Shown piece after piece: positions 1-12,500 of a DNA stretch of 64,000 bases (the first letter of the stretch is position 1; every line of letters begins with the position of its first letter). This stretch comes from the human T2T-CHM13v2.0 reference genome, Homo sapiens: assembly GCF_009914755.1 (NCBI RefSeq), contig NC_060929.1; one strand, given 5' to 3'. A program made the position numbers and the translations under genes. Under the pieces are notes generated by a model. That model was not told where the DNA came from. It saw nothing but the letters and a program-made list of their open reading frames with translations, and ran no database searches.

Positions 1-1329
1 GTAAAGTTTGACAGCTATCGTGTTTCTCACCTGAAGTAATTAGCAGTAACAGTACCTAAAAGCTAAAGCTCTTGAAAAAGGAGCCACATGCTGCTCTTGT
101 ATAGCTACCTTCAGCAGTTATAAATGAGTTCTATTTCAGCCACAGCTAAATTTTTAGTGCACTGCTAGAGAAGAAAAAGTCTAATTATTACAGTCACTAT
201 AATTTGAGATAATTGACTCTGGTGTTACATCATAGTTCTTACAATACCAACGAGGAATAAGACATTTGTACCATTACAGTAAATAAGGTATTCCACTACC
301 AAATTGAAAGCGTTATCCCCCCTCCCCTGAGAGTATTAATGTCTGGCTATGGTCTCAAAAGGAAACGTTACCTCTGCTCCAGCAGGTTTCCAAGCCTTTT
401 TCATTGTAGTGAATAAAGAGAAGGAATTAAATAGTGTTTAGTCATCCCAGAGGTCACAAGGAATATTATAATTCCAGCAAACTTCACTTTGCAGCTAAAA
501 CCCTTCATTGTTTCAGCTTGGCAGCTTTACCAGGGAGGACAAGTTGTGAGACTGAATTATGCCACTGAACATACATTAAACACAATGGGCTTGCTATTGT
601 CAGATTATTTATGCCACTTATGAATTTTAGCAGTTTGACCATAAAGAGCAAGTATCCAAGATTTTTTATTAAAAATAAGATTCATAAATACTGAAACTAT
701 TCATTTGCTTCTTATAACTCAAACACAAATTTTTGATTGGGTCGGAGAGGGTATAATGATGGAGAATCGAAGACACATCATATCGTAGACATTTTTATAT
801 GGCTCTATTTAAATCCCATGACATAATATAAAGCAGAATGATGTAGTGGGAACACCATTACATTTTTGAGTGACACAGGCATAGTCTCAAAACCAGTGTA
901 TATTAAGCATAGGACTATGACCAAATTCTTGGCCTCTCTGTGGTTCATCCATGAAATGGGGATAAAAATATTACCTAGCTCATGCATGTTTTATTGTATA
1001 AATCACAATAGAAAAGGCCCAATAACTCACCATAGTATCAGATACTGATTTAGAATATAATAAATGTACCTTATTATTGTTACTATTATTATCATCATAA
1101 TTATTGCCACAGCTTTTACAATAATTCAAATAATTTAGTTTTCTGGATAAATATAATAAACTGAACACTGTGGCAGAGAATGGAATAGAGTTGAAATTTT
1201 TCTTTCAAAGTTGTAGCCAGGTGTGTGTTTTCAATTTGATAGAATATTACCTAATTTCCTATAATGCTTCCATGATATAACTTCCTAGCTAGTTATGTCA
1301 AATTATGGTGACTTTTCTTTAACAGCAAT

Positions 1330-1720
1330 GTACCAGATACAGAAATTTCCATTTATGCCTGGACGCACAGATAGTATTATTGTTCGCCTCTCTTGATATT
1401 AGTGATGGCCATTTGACTGAGTTCTGGCTAATGAAAAGTGGTTGGAAGTGACACGTGTCACTTAGACTTGACACACAAAAACTTCTTCATCATACAAAGC
1501 TCTGTCTCTTTCCCCATCTGTTATGTGGGAATTAACATCCATTCATGTACTAAAGACAGCTCCTAGGTCCTGGATGCTACAAGAGCAGAACTTTCCTACA
1601 AAAGCAAACACAAAGACATCACCAAATGGAATTTATGTTAGAGAGAAACTCATATTGCATTATGCCACCAAGTTTTGAGGGTTTATCTGTTAGAGCAACT
1701 AGTATTGGCTTAAGTGATAA
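1330..1720 (+). mobile_element. MLT1-family (ERVL-MaLR) LTR, old
   Basis: Typical MLT1 motifs: ggccatttgactgagttctggctaatgaaa..ggaagtgacacgtgtcactt and the 3' end gccaccaagttttgagggtttatctgttagagcaa. Boundaries approximate. Confidence 0.7.
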
Positions 1721-2279
1721 AAGCATATTTGTTTACCATTCCCCTCATTCTGAAAAACCACATTAAAAATAACAATACAGGAAATTGTACTATTGAAAAG
1801 TAGGAAATTGAAGGTGACTGATTTAGTAGATCAGGAAATATATAAAACCAAAGGAAAATTATTTTCATTGTAGTATTTTTTACCTATCCAAAGTATCAAA
1901 CAAGAGTGAGAAGTAGAATGTACACATTTTCAAATATGCGGGATCTTGATGCAACATCTCCAAAACTGTTGAAAAATATAGTCTCTGAAGACAGGAAAAT
2001 AATGAAGAAAGAGAAGCAGAGGCTCCACTATAGGAGAGAGGCAATGGGAATTCAGTGGATGGTATTGAAGAGAGATACCTTCAGTTCTCCAAGAAAGATG
2101 GCTGTGTAGCAGTCCTAGAAATCAGCCAGGCCACAGCAAAGCAAGAAAGAAATGAAGGGAACCTCCCTTAGTCACTCTGGTGTTTCCATATGAAATAGTG
2201 ATAGGTACCTGGGAAACTGGGCACATGAAAAATGAGACAATTATTACCTTCAGGGAAGAGAAAATCTGTATAAAAAAGA

Positions 2280-2408
2280 AATGCATTTGTATTATACAGC
2301 ATGGTTCTATTATGACTAGCATTTGCATGACAAATATGATGTTAAAAAATTTTTCAGTTAATCTAATCAAAAATTATGACAAAACTACATTGAAAGGCTG
2401 GTAGAAAG

Positions 2409-2465
<57 letters not shown>

Positions 2466-2720
2466 GAGTGGATATTAAAAAGGGTGCATCCTTTTTTTTC
2501 AAAGTAGGGAGTGATCAGAAAATATCTAAAACTGAAAAATCATGAATACAACCACAATGTGTGCCTGTTTTATAGAAATGAGAAGATATACCACTCCATG
2601 CCCTGAAACAGCGGATTAAAGCATGGAGAATTATTTTATTTTGGAAGCAGGCATCAAAGACTGGATGGGATGGAAGGGAGAAGGCTTAAAGGACTAGTAA
2701 ATTTTTAATATTATGTACAT
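2280..2720 (+). mobile_element. HAL1/L1ME-like old LINE fragment
   Basis: aaagtagggagtgatcagaaaatatctaaaactgaaaaatcatgaa resembles the HAL1/L1M 3' region; highly decayed. Confidence 0.4.
2409..2462. repeat. (TG)n microsatellite
   Basis: About 27 GT units with one interruption, read directly. Confidence 0.98.
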
Positions 2721-2941
2721 ATAAATATGGCTTCAGAACTAAATGTGCTTACTGATGTCACACTCCTACAGCAATGCCTGGCATACACCATTCTTACACC
2801 CCACGTTGCCCCAAGTACCCAGTAAAGATTAAGTCTAAGTCTATGTAAGTCTAATCTATACTTGTATATAGTCTGTATAAGTCTAATCTACCCATGAGAC
2901 TACCCAATATCCCAGTGAGCTATTACTGCACAACCCATTAG

Positions 2942-3335
<394 letters not shown>

Positions 3336-3389
3336 TAGTTACCACCTTTATCTGTGCTATCAACCTGAACCACAGCCACAGCCCACCCA

Positions 3390-3870
3390 CCAGACTTCTT
3401 GTCTTTGCTATTGTTCCTTCAAATCTGTTCTTCACACATAAGCCCAGAGTGATCTTCTTAAATGTAATCACAGGTCAAGCCAGTCTCATAATTAAAATAT
3501 TTGATTAGTTTACTTCTCCAACCTCATCTGGGGCAATCCAGCACACCCTCCTTCCACTTCACTCCAGCCACACAGATTTCCTTTGAGTTCTTCACAGATG
3601 TCCTTTGAGTTTTATTCACACTCACCTTTTTGCTTGGGTGAACTCCTTCTTCAGGGGTCAGCTTAAATGCTCCTGTCTGTATCTCCTTTCAAGCAACCTC
3701 TAGAGCTCCAATTACAGCCTGCAGGCTTTTTCATCATTGTGTTACCTGCTTCATCATTAGAATGTAAATTCAATATCCTCCTTGTTCACCTTAAAATTGG
3801 TAGTGCCTAGAACTGAGCTGGTATTCTTTAGGTAGACAATCAGTAAATACTTGGAAGAATGAATGAATGA
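3390..3870 (+). mobile_element. L2 LINE 3' end
   Basis: cccagagtgatcttcttaaatg, cactccagccacac, cagcttaaatg and the terminal agtaaatacttggaagaatgaatgaatga L2 tail. Confidence 0.8.
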
Positions 3871-4174
3871 GCAGGCATTATTATGTGTCTAGGAATCTAG
3901 TCAGGAAAATAAATTTACTGGCAATACATTGAGAAGGGGAATCATGAAATAATAAAATAATTTACATTTAAATTGATTCTGCACATGATAATATTAAAAA
4001 CTGAGAAAAGCATTTTATACACTCTGAATTTAAAATATTATATTTCAAACATTCATTTGTTATCTTTAACCAGACATTGGCCCCAAAGGTCTACTGCTGT
4101 TCTGCACTTGGATGTTACCTTTGTGTCCTGGTTAAGGACTGTGATTGAGAAGCCAAGGACTATGTTGCTTGGGT

Positions 4175-4336
4175 GGATCATCCTAAGTGTCTATAGGAAC
4201 CACCTGCAGGTCTTTTACAATGCAGCTTCTCAGGTCTACCCAGACTTACTGAATTTCTTGATAGCAAACTAACGTATCAGTAATTTCTTAAAAACTCCAT
4301 AGGCCATCTTAACATTTAGCCAGGTTAGGAACTGTT
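4175..4336. mobile_element. MER5-family hAT-Charlie fragment
   Basis: caatgcagcttctcaggtctacccagacttactgaat...agccaggttaggaactg resembles MER5. Confidence 0.55.
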
Positions 4337-4379
4337 CAACTAAATTGTGAAGAGTAGTATTAATATGACTGATAGTAGA

Positions 4380-4870
<491 letters not shown>

Positions 4871-6164
4871 CTGTGGAGTTGAGTAATGTCTAATCATCAC
4901 TCTGTGCTATTGTGCTATGCCAGCCTGACAAAGCGCTCTGCATACCTGTTTCCTTCACAGCCTAGTCAGGCCTGGTTCAACTAGACCTTCATAAAATGTT
5001 GTCAATGATCCTCGTGTATTATGCTAATCAATGTCTCTTGTTCTAATAGCATTTGCATTTCTAACTATGGAATGAAAGGTTATAATTTTCTGTTAATAAA
5101 ACACCATATTTGGTGAGTAGGTTGATAAAGTTATGTCACATATAAAGAAGACCTTCAGAAGTCCTGCATTTATAATGTGTAAGTCATCACCTGTATTAAG
5201 GATTTTTAAGCCTGGCTGATTGGAATTCTCTTTGTGTAGTATAAAAGGAAATAGATGCCTACTAAATCAAAATCACTGAGAGTGTGACTTAGCGACTACA
5301 GTTTTAGAGTGCATCCCCGGATATTCTGATGATTTTCTGGACTAGGAATCACACCATCTATGTGGGGAGTCAGACCGATCTTTCATGTTCCTTTGTCATG
5401 TTTCTCATCATTAGTGGGAATAGCATTTATGAGCTTAGAACAAGGAATTCTAATTACAAGTCATCAATATGCACTGCAAAAGGGACCTAGTACTAAATGT
5501 GGAATTAACCAAAGCAGAAAGGACATATTCATGCTTTGAAAGAAACAAACATTATTAGAGCAAAAGTTTTACAGAGAGGCCTGACTTTCTTAGAAAGATT
5601 TCTCAATGCTTCTCAAGTTACCCTAGAAATTGTTTGAGTTTGGATAATACTTAACAATGAGAGAGAGCACAGTGAAATTTCTTTCTATTTTTGTCTCATC
5701 ATATATTGGTTGCCAAGTTAAGAGCCACAACCTGGAAATTTAGAATGTCATTCTGCCTTGTTTTGTTCTTTTGGGGTCTGACCTTTGCTTTATCCAAATA
5801 TCATTTTGTCTGTAAATATTAAAAAGAGTTGCTGGCCACTCAGTGTTGCAAAATACGTGGAACACTTTAAAGGATTTGTGGGCTGGCATGGGAGCTCTTA
5901 TTGTGCGAAATTAATCTCTTGAAAATGTTTTACTATTGACAGCACTGCTTCCCATAATTAGGCAAGTAAGAGTCACTCATGAAGCTGTAACAATTGGGTG
6001 TTATGCTTTCATCTCAAACAATTTCAAATATTAAATGTTCCTAGAGTAGGATTTTAAAAAGATCTCTGCTTCTTAAAGGCCATTTAGGCTATAGTGGAAT
6101 TGCCTAAACCCAGCATGTGCCAAAATGTTTTTGCATCCTTAGGTAATAAAATTGTGAACTCCTG

Positions 6165-6500
6165 TGGCTACAAGGGAATTTGAGACATTATCCTGTCCCA
6201 AACTCCCCAGTATGGTTTTTGGTGAGGAGATCATTTACCCCATCCCAGGCATTTAGGCATTATTACCTGCCTACTGTGGTGTTTAATAACCTCTCCATCA
6301 AGAAATGCTTTTGCATATGTATCTGAAATCTGCTGGTTTTTTTTCCCCTAGAATACTAGTGAGAAATGGAAGGCTGCTTTAAGATTGAAAACTTGGGTCA
6401 CATAGTGAGTCTTTAGATGTGTTCTCCAGTTTGGAATATGGTAACTGTATATTTTGGTCCTTAGAGGGTACCTAAAGCCACTATCCAGAGTTATGCTATT
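6165..6500 (-). mobile_element. Probable CR1/L3 3' fragment
   Basis: aagggaatttgagacattatcctgtcccaa and aacctctccatcaagaaatgcttttgcatatgtatctgaaatct resemble the antisense L3 3' end; very decayed. Confidence 0.4.
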
Positions 6501-6769
6501 TGTGCTCTGCACAAAAGCAGCAAGTAGAATGGTGGCATTGGAGCTGAATTCACACGCCTTCATGTCTCTAAACTCAACACCTTCTAGCATGCTATCCTCA
6601 AAAGGCATGTTCTTCTAATCCTCTCCACCAAGGAGGAGCCTGGCAGGAGAAATTTTTTTTTCTTACTTTCTCAAAGGTATCCTAACACCTCCCTTGAAGA
6701 CGATGGCTGGAATAGTGAGCATCAGTCCTCACAGGGCCTAAAACTCCCTTTGGATACTTTCTTTGTTTC

Positions 6770-6916
6770 ACAAGAGGGATTCTGATTCAGCAGGTCTGGA
6801 GCCTGGGGATCTGTTTTTTTGTTGTTGTTGTCGTTTTGGTTCTTTTGGTTTTTTTTACAAACACCCCAGGTTACTCTGATGCAGGTGGTCCAGAATCCCA
6901 CTTTCAGCAAACAGTG
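6770..6916. mobile_element. MER5A fragment
   Basis: gattctgattcagcaggtctgg...ccccaggttactctgatgcaggtggtccagaatcccacttt. Confidence 0.75.
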
Positions 6917-7159
6917 TGCATAGTTTAGCTTCATTTGACTGGTACCTGGTTATACCACCAAGCTACTTTCATTGAAATCTTGGAGGGTTTTGGCCATCTG
7001 GTTGAACCTCATGTGGTTTGCAGACAGGAATCAGTGAAAGGCTTCAAGTCATCCATGAAGTTGACTAGCATCCAGCCACCTTTGTGTAATTCTTGTCACT
7101 ACATATGTGCATTGCACACTTTGCATATTTTAAATATTCATGAGGTATTTCCTGTTTGT

Positions 7160-7340
7160 TTTCTTTCTTTAATTCAAAAAATATTTATTGAGCATCTACT
7201 CTGCACAATGCATGGTGTCTGAGAAATACATAATAATCCGGTCACAATTCAGTAGGGTGTTTAAGATACACATGCATATGACTCCAAATTAAGGTACAAA
7301 ATAATACATTTCATAACAATCGCAATGCTTTAGAGTTTAG
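7160..7340 (-). mobile_element. L2 3' end
   Basis: ttcaaaaaatatttattgagcatctactctg, the antisense L2 tail. Confidence 0.7.
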
Positions 7341-8149
7341 CTGGAGAGAAGATAATACCATTAACGTTATTGTGACATGAGACATGATTTTATACTATCT
7401 GCAGAAGCAAAGGCAGGGTTCAAAACATTAATAATTGTATTTAAAATGATGACATTCATTGGTTCATGTATTTTATTGTTTGGCTTTGTGTTGTTATAAT
7501 AGTACTATAATTTATGTCTGTTAACCATTGCATTTTATGTATGTGATATATAAACATGAATTTGAGAGTTTCAACTGAGAATTTTATCAGATATAAATAT
7601 GTGGCATAGATTAAAATAAAAATTCCTTGTAGAGTATGTACACTCAGAAGCCTCTAACATTCAGTTTAGATGTTTTTTCCAATATTGATTTTGTATTGCA
7701 ACTCTAGAAATAAATTCTGATTTAGAGCTGACAGCATAATGCTTTAAATATATTAGATTGTTTTAGTCCTGGCAGTTTATTTTTTGGTTGTTTTGGTGTG
7801 TAACAATATAGCTTAGGGTGTCATCTCTAGACTGTGTTCAAGTATTTAAATGGAAAATGTAAAGCAGACTGATGGTTGACCCTCAGGCATCAGAGTAAGA
7901 AATCTTATCATCAGATTATTTTCTAGTTTGTAACCATGTAACAGGGCACCTGTATCTCTTGCTTACACAATTGCTTCTACATTTCACATGGGATAATAAG
8001 AGTAAATTAACAATCCTTTTGAAGTTGTGTATAGCAAATTGGGAAATTTTCTTTCCTGATCATACAGTTCAACAAATAGAAGATGAAATTGTTGAGGGGA
8101 GAGAAGGTTTGGGAGTTCTTCAGAGCATACTTTTTAAACTATATAAGCC

Positions 8150-8400
8150 TGATTTGAGTTTCTCATTCATAAAATGGAAATACTAGTAGGAGTTTCCTGA
8201 CGGATTTTTGTAAGGTTAAGTGAGATGATATGTTGCTTAATTCAGTGCCTGGCTGGCACAACAATATGTGTTTTAGCTTAATCCAACAGATATTTATTGA
8301 GCATATACTGTATGGCACGAATACTTCTAGATTAAGGGAAAATAGAAATGAACAGAACAAAGGCCTTGACCTCATGGGCCTTATATTATTGCAGAGGGCA
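8150..8400. mobile_element. MIR (+) abutting an L2 3' end (-)
   Basis: gagtttctcattcataaaatggaaata...gtaaggttaagtgagatgat (MIR), then aacagatatttattgagcatatactgtatggcac (L2). Confidence 0.7.
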
Positions 8401-8521
8401 TGAAATCTAAATCCAGAAGGCAGTCTGAAAGGGTGACTTTTATTGTCTTATTTATTTCTATTAACATCTTTCAAACATACTTTTTTGTTCTTAGTTACCC
8501 AAGACTTAGTAGCTGCATTTG

Positions 8522-8620
8522 TTTTTTAACAGACAGGGTCTTGCTATGTTGCCCAGGCTGGAGGGCAGTGGCCATTCACAGGTACGATCACAGCTCACTA
8601 CAGCCTCAAACTCCTGGCCT
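8522..8620 (-). mobile_element. FAM (fossil Alu monomer) fragment
   Basis: ttgcccaggctggagggcagtggccattcacaggtacgatcacagctcactacagcctcaaactcctgg retains the 7SL-derived 'attcacagg' segment diagnostic of FAM. Confidence 0.8.
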
Positions 8621-8814
8621 GAGGAGAAGTGAAAAGGGGACTGCAGAATTAGACTAGGTATGTTTTTCTTGAACAAAAAAGCAATGTTTTGACACTATGA
8701 ATGATGTTTAGGTCTTCTTTACTAGAAAAAACGTATATATTTCTATAAACAGAAAAGTTGTATTTAGGTATAGTGTTTCAAAATCTCTGTACTTTTTTGA
8801 CTCATTCTTGGTGA

Positions 8815-9113
8815 TTTTTTTTTTTTTTTTTGAGACGAGTTTTGCTCTGTTGCCCAGGCTGGAGGGCAGTGGTGCTATCTCAGCTCACTGTAACTTCCAG
8901 CTCCCAGGTTCAAGCAATTCTCCCTGCCTCAGCCTCCCAGGTAGCTGGGAGTACAGGCACCCACCACCACGCTTGGCTAATTTTTGTAATTTTAGTACAG
9001 ATAGGGTTTCACCATGTTGGCCAGGCTGGTCTCAAACTCCTGACCTCAGGTGATCTGCCCACCTCGGCCTCCCAAAGTGCTGAGATTACAGGCATGTGCC
9101 ACCGCGCCCAGCC
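8815..9113 (-). mobile_element. Alu (AluS), full length
   Basis: Poly-T plus antisense Alu; TSD attcttggtgatt on both sides. Confidence 0.97.
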
Positions 9114-9157
9114 ATTCTTGGTGATTCTTTTAAAACTATATAGTTTGAAGGAAAATA

Positions 9158-9501
9158 TAGTCATGTGTCACATAAGGGATGGGATACATTCTGAGAAATG
9201 CATTGGTAGGCGATTTTATTGTTATGCAAGCATTATAACATGTACTCACACAAACCTAGATGGTACAGCCTACTACACACATAGTCTATATAGTACAGCC
9301 CCGTGCTCCTAGGCTGCAAACCTGTACATCATAACACTGTACTGAATACTGCTGGCAATTGTAACATAATAGAAAGTATTTGTGCATCTAAACATATCTT
9401 AAACATAGAAAAAGTAAACATACAGTGTTATAGTATTATGGCACCATCACTGTATATGTGGTCCCTGGTTGACCAAAATGTGGTTATGTGGTGGATGACT
9501 G
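9158..9501. mobile_element. Tigger3a (TcMar-Tigger) non-autonomous DNA transposon, full length
   Basis: TIRs tagtcatgtgtcacataa / ttatgtggtggatgactg, TA on both flanks, internal acaaacctagatggtacagcctactacac. Confidence 0.9.
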
Positions 9502-9562
9502 TACTTGAATGAGGCCATACATTAGAACTTAATGCTTCAGTCCACTTGGAAAGCTGAGAGGC

Positions 9563-9563
<1 letters not shown>

Positions 9564-9595
<32 letters not shown>
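9564..9595 (+). repeat. Poly(A) run, 32 nt
   Basis: Read directly. Confidence 0.95.
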
Positions 9596-9597
<2 letters not shown>

Positions 9598-12500
9598 TAA
9601 CCATTTTAAAGAAGAGAGTCAACCTGGCATTGCAGTATAAGAAGAGACCAATATAGGCAAGAGACATAAGGAGAAATCTGGAAATCTCTTTCAAGATGTG
9701 ATAATCTATCCATATGTGAATATCATTGCACATAAAAAGCTTCACTGGATGCAAGACTTACTGCGGTTTGCCCAAGGTTAGAAATGATAGAAGATGTTCC
9801 TAATAGAAATATACAGAAATTATAAATGCAAACATTACTGTCAAGGGCGTTAGGTTTTTTGACTTTTAACTTTCAATTACAAGAAAAAAAATGTTATATT
9901 CACCTTGCTTTAGAATTTCAGAATTTTTAGTAGTAGTATTGTTATTTTTATAGAGATGAAGCCTCATCGGCAGTTTTGTTCTGAAAATTGCATTGTCTCT
10001 TTAAAAGGATTGACATAGTTTGTGAAATGTGAAGCTCTGCTTTATTTTCAAAAACAAATGGACAGATTTCCCATTTAAATAGTGGTCTTCACTGTCTGCC
10101 CTTTGAATAAATGCTGGGGAAGTGTCTGATGCACATGTATTTATCTTACAGCTTGACAAATGGAATTAATGCCAAAGTGTTAAGCCATTACTGTGTAGGG
10201 GAATAGAGGTCTTACAAGTACATTTGCTATTTCACTTTCTCTGCGTGTTCTGTGCATCAAAGCCTGGGTTAATGATATCTTCAGAAATTGTATGGTCTGT
10301 TGAATGGTAGAGACGATGAAATATGGTTGGCCAACGCATGCAAAGAGTAGCTTTATTTGGTAATAAATCAACCATGTTGGAGGGGTGAGGAAAGGAGTCA
10401 GGGCTGGGTATGAAACAAAGAGCCAAAGGGAAGAGCCAATTAATACCCCTAACCTCCAGAAGCGGACACTATGGCCCTGGAGTTTCTCCCTCAGACTAAG
10501 AACCATCCACCAGTAGCAGAAACTACATCCTCAGGGGGGGTTTTCTTCGTGAATGCAAATGTCCCGGCACCTAAACGGTTCACATTACCGCAGGTGATTT
10601 CTGCAGCTGTAACTAAGTTCCATCCTCAGCAAGAATCAGAACCACCAGAGACAGAGCAGAGAGACACCATGCCCTCACTTGCGAGAGTTCAAATGGCACT
10701 TTCTTGGAAAAAGAAGATTGGTGCATCTCTGTGGCCCCTCCCTTCTCCATCCTATGTCTCCCCCTCTCCCCTCCTTTCCAACTCTTCATCTCATCTTTCC
10801 TCTCCTTCCCATTTCAAAGTAGACTCACACCTCTACCCTACTCAGGGCCAGGAAAGCCTCAGGGCAAAGGGAAATCAAAGTGCTGGAGTGAATTCTTAGC
10901 TTTTTGCCCAGAGCCCTGGTCCTCCAGATTTAAAGAAGTTTCAAGGATAATTTTGACAATCAGTAATGTTCACTTTACCTTGCCTTGTTAAAGTGAGAAC
11001 CTAGCTCTTATATTTGAAGAGACTTTCTCATTGTATCTGCAGTCTGCTTCCAAATTAGCTGGGATTTTGGTTGTTGTTATTGTTGTTTTGTATGAAAATA
11101 TTCTGTTTCCAAAGGGCAAAGGCTCTCTGAAATCTCGCCATGCCTAGATCAATGTTTTGGACAAAGCAGATGCATATTAAATGCTTCATTTGAATTATAG
11201 CAGGCAAGATCTCCTGCCATCCTTTAAAGAAATGGTAGTCAACTATGCATCTCATGAACAGCCTAGCCAATCTAAGATTATAGATGAAGGGTTTCCTGTA
11301 TGCTTCGTATTTAAAATTACTGTTTTTCCTTGGTGAGCAGAATAGAGTTGTCCCTGAACTTGTTTTTAAATTGAAGCACTAGAATGATTAAAGTTTGGTA
11401 TTATTTACCTATCAAAAGTTATTTTCTAGTGAATATCCTTCTTTAGAAATATTCAGATTTTCCAAAGCCACTGTGCCTGATAATCTAAATCCATAGGACA
11501 CAAAGTAGCAATTTCATTTGATACTGACATATTCTCTTTAGGTTTTCCGCTAAAGAAAGTCTATGAAAAATCCACTGAGCATAAAAAAAAGAACCTCTAT
11601 TTCTAGTATCCACTGATGCCTTTTGAGCTTCCCTTGGCTGGGAATTTAGCATTAACAAAGGAATTTGTGATGTCTTATATGCTTTGTGCTCTAATCTAAT
11701 ATTCGTCTGTGATATCATTCATAATTACTATATATTTAAATCTCAGTTTGGAATTCAGGTGTCAAAGGAGAAGTAGTACTGGGAAAGTCTTCATTATCAG
11801 TTATGAGCTGCTGTAAAACTTACAGTGTTAAAACATCCCTTGAAATAGACATTAGAGACCTGAAAAAGGGATAATATAAAATTGATCAAAACCTATATTT
11901 TAAAAGCAGCTTTCTCTACCATCCAAAAGAAAAAAAATAGCAGCAGCTTTGGATAGAAGTGGTTTAGAGTTATTTTACACATGGACACTTAAAATCAGGC
12001 AGACATTTCTGTCCTTCATTGGAAAACTTAGATAAATAGATACACATAATGTATGGATAGATGGGTATACCAGATCAGAAAGAAAACTCCAGAGATAAGC
12101 TCATTCACCATGAACCTGGTCTCTCTGGGGGGAAAATCATAGAGGCTCATTGACTGCAAAGGTTAATCAAGATTCTGGGGGGACATCTCCTGTGCAGCAG
12201 CTGACAAGCATTTCATTAAGGAAGGAGACTGAAGCTGCAATGAGATTCTGGAGAACAAACTCACCAGGAGCCAGATTGCAGGGAGGAGGCAAGATCAGAG
12301 CCGGCTGGGGTGAATGGACTTGAATATTGACAGAGGTCTGCATCTCTTCCTGAAATGGTACCAATTTCGCTCCCCCCAAGAAATCTTTCTGCCCAGAACC
12401 ACACAGCACTTAGCAGCAGCATTACCTATCATTGTAATTGTGGATTCCCACACTTGAGAACTTAATAGATCATTAGTTTTCCCATCACAAAGTCCACACT

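Noticed and set aside
1446-1463. Perfect 18-bp palindrome aagtgacacgtgtcactt containing an E-box
   Set aside because: It lies in an MLT1 LTR whose consensus already has this near-palindrome.
8808-9312. ORFs of 81-160 aa here and similar ones at 32392-32692, 33832-34168, 43223-43543, 47715-48075 and 50044-50262
   Set aside because: They are translations of Alu sequence ([22 protein letters not shown]), not genes.
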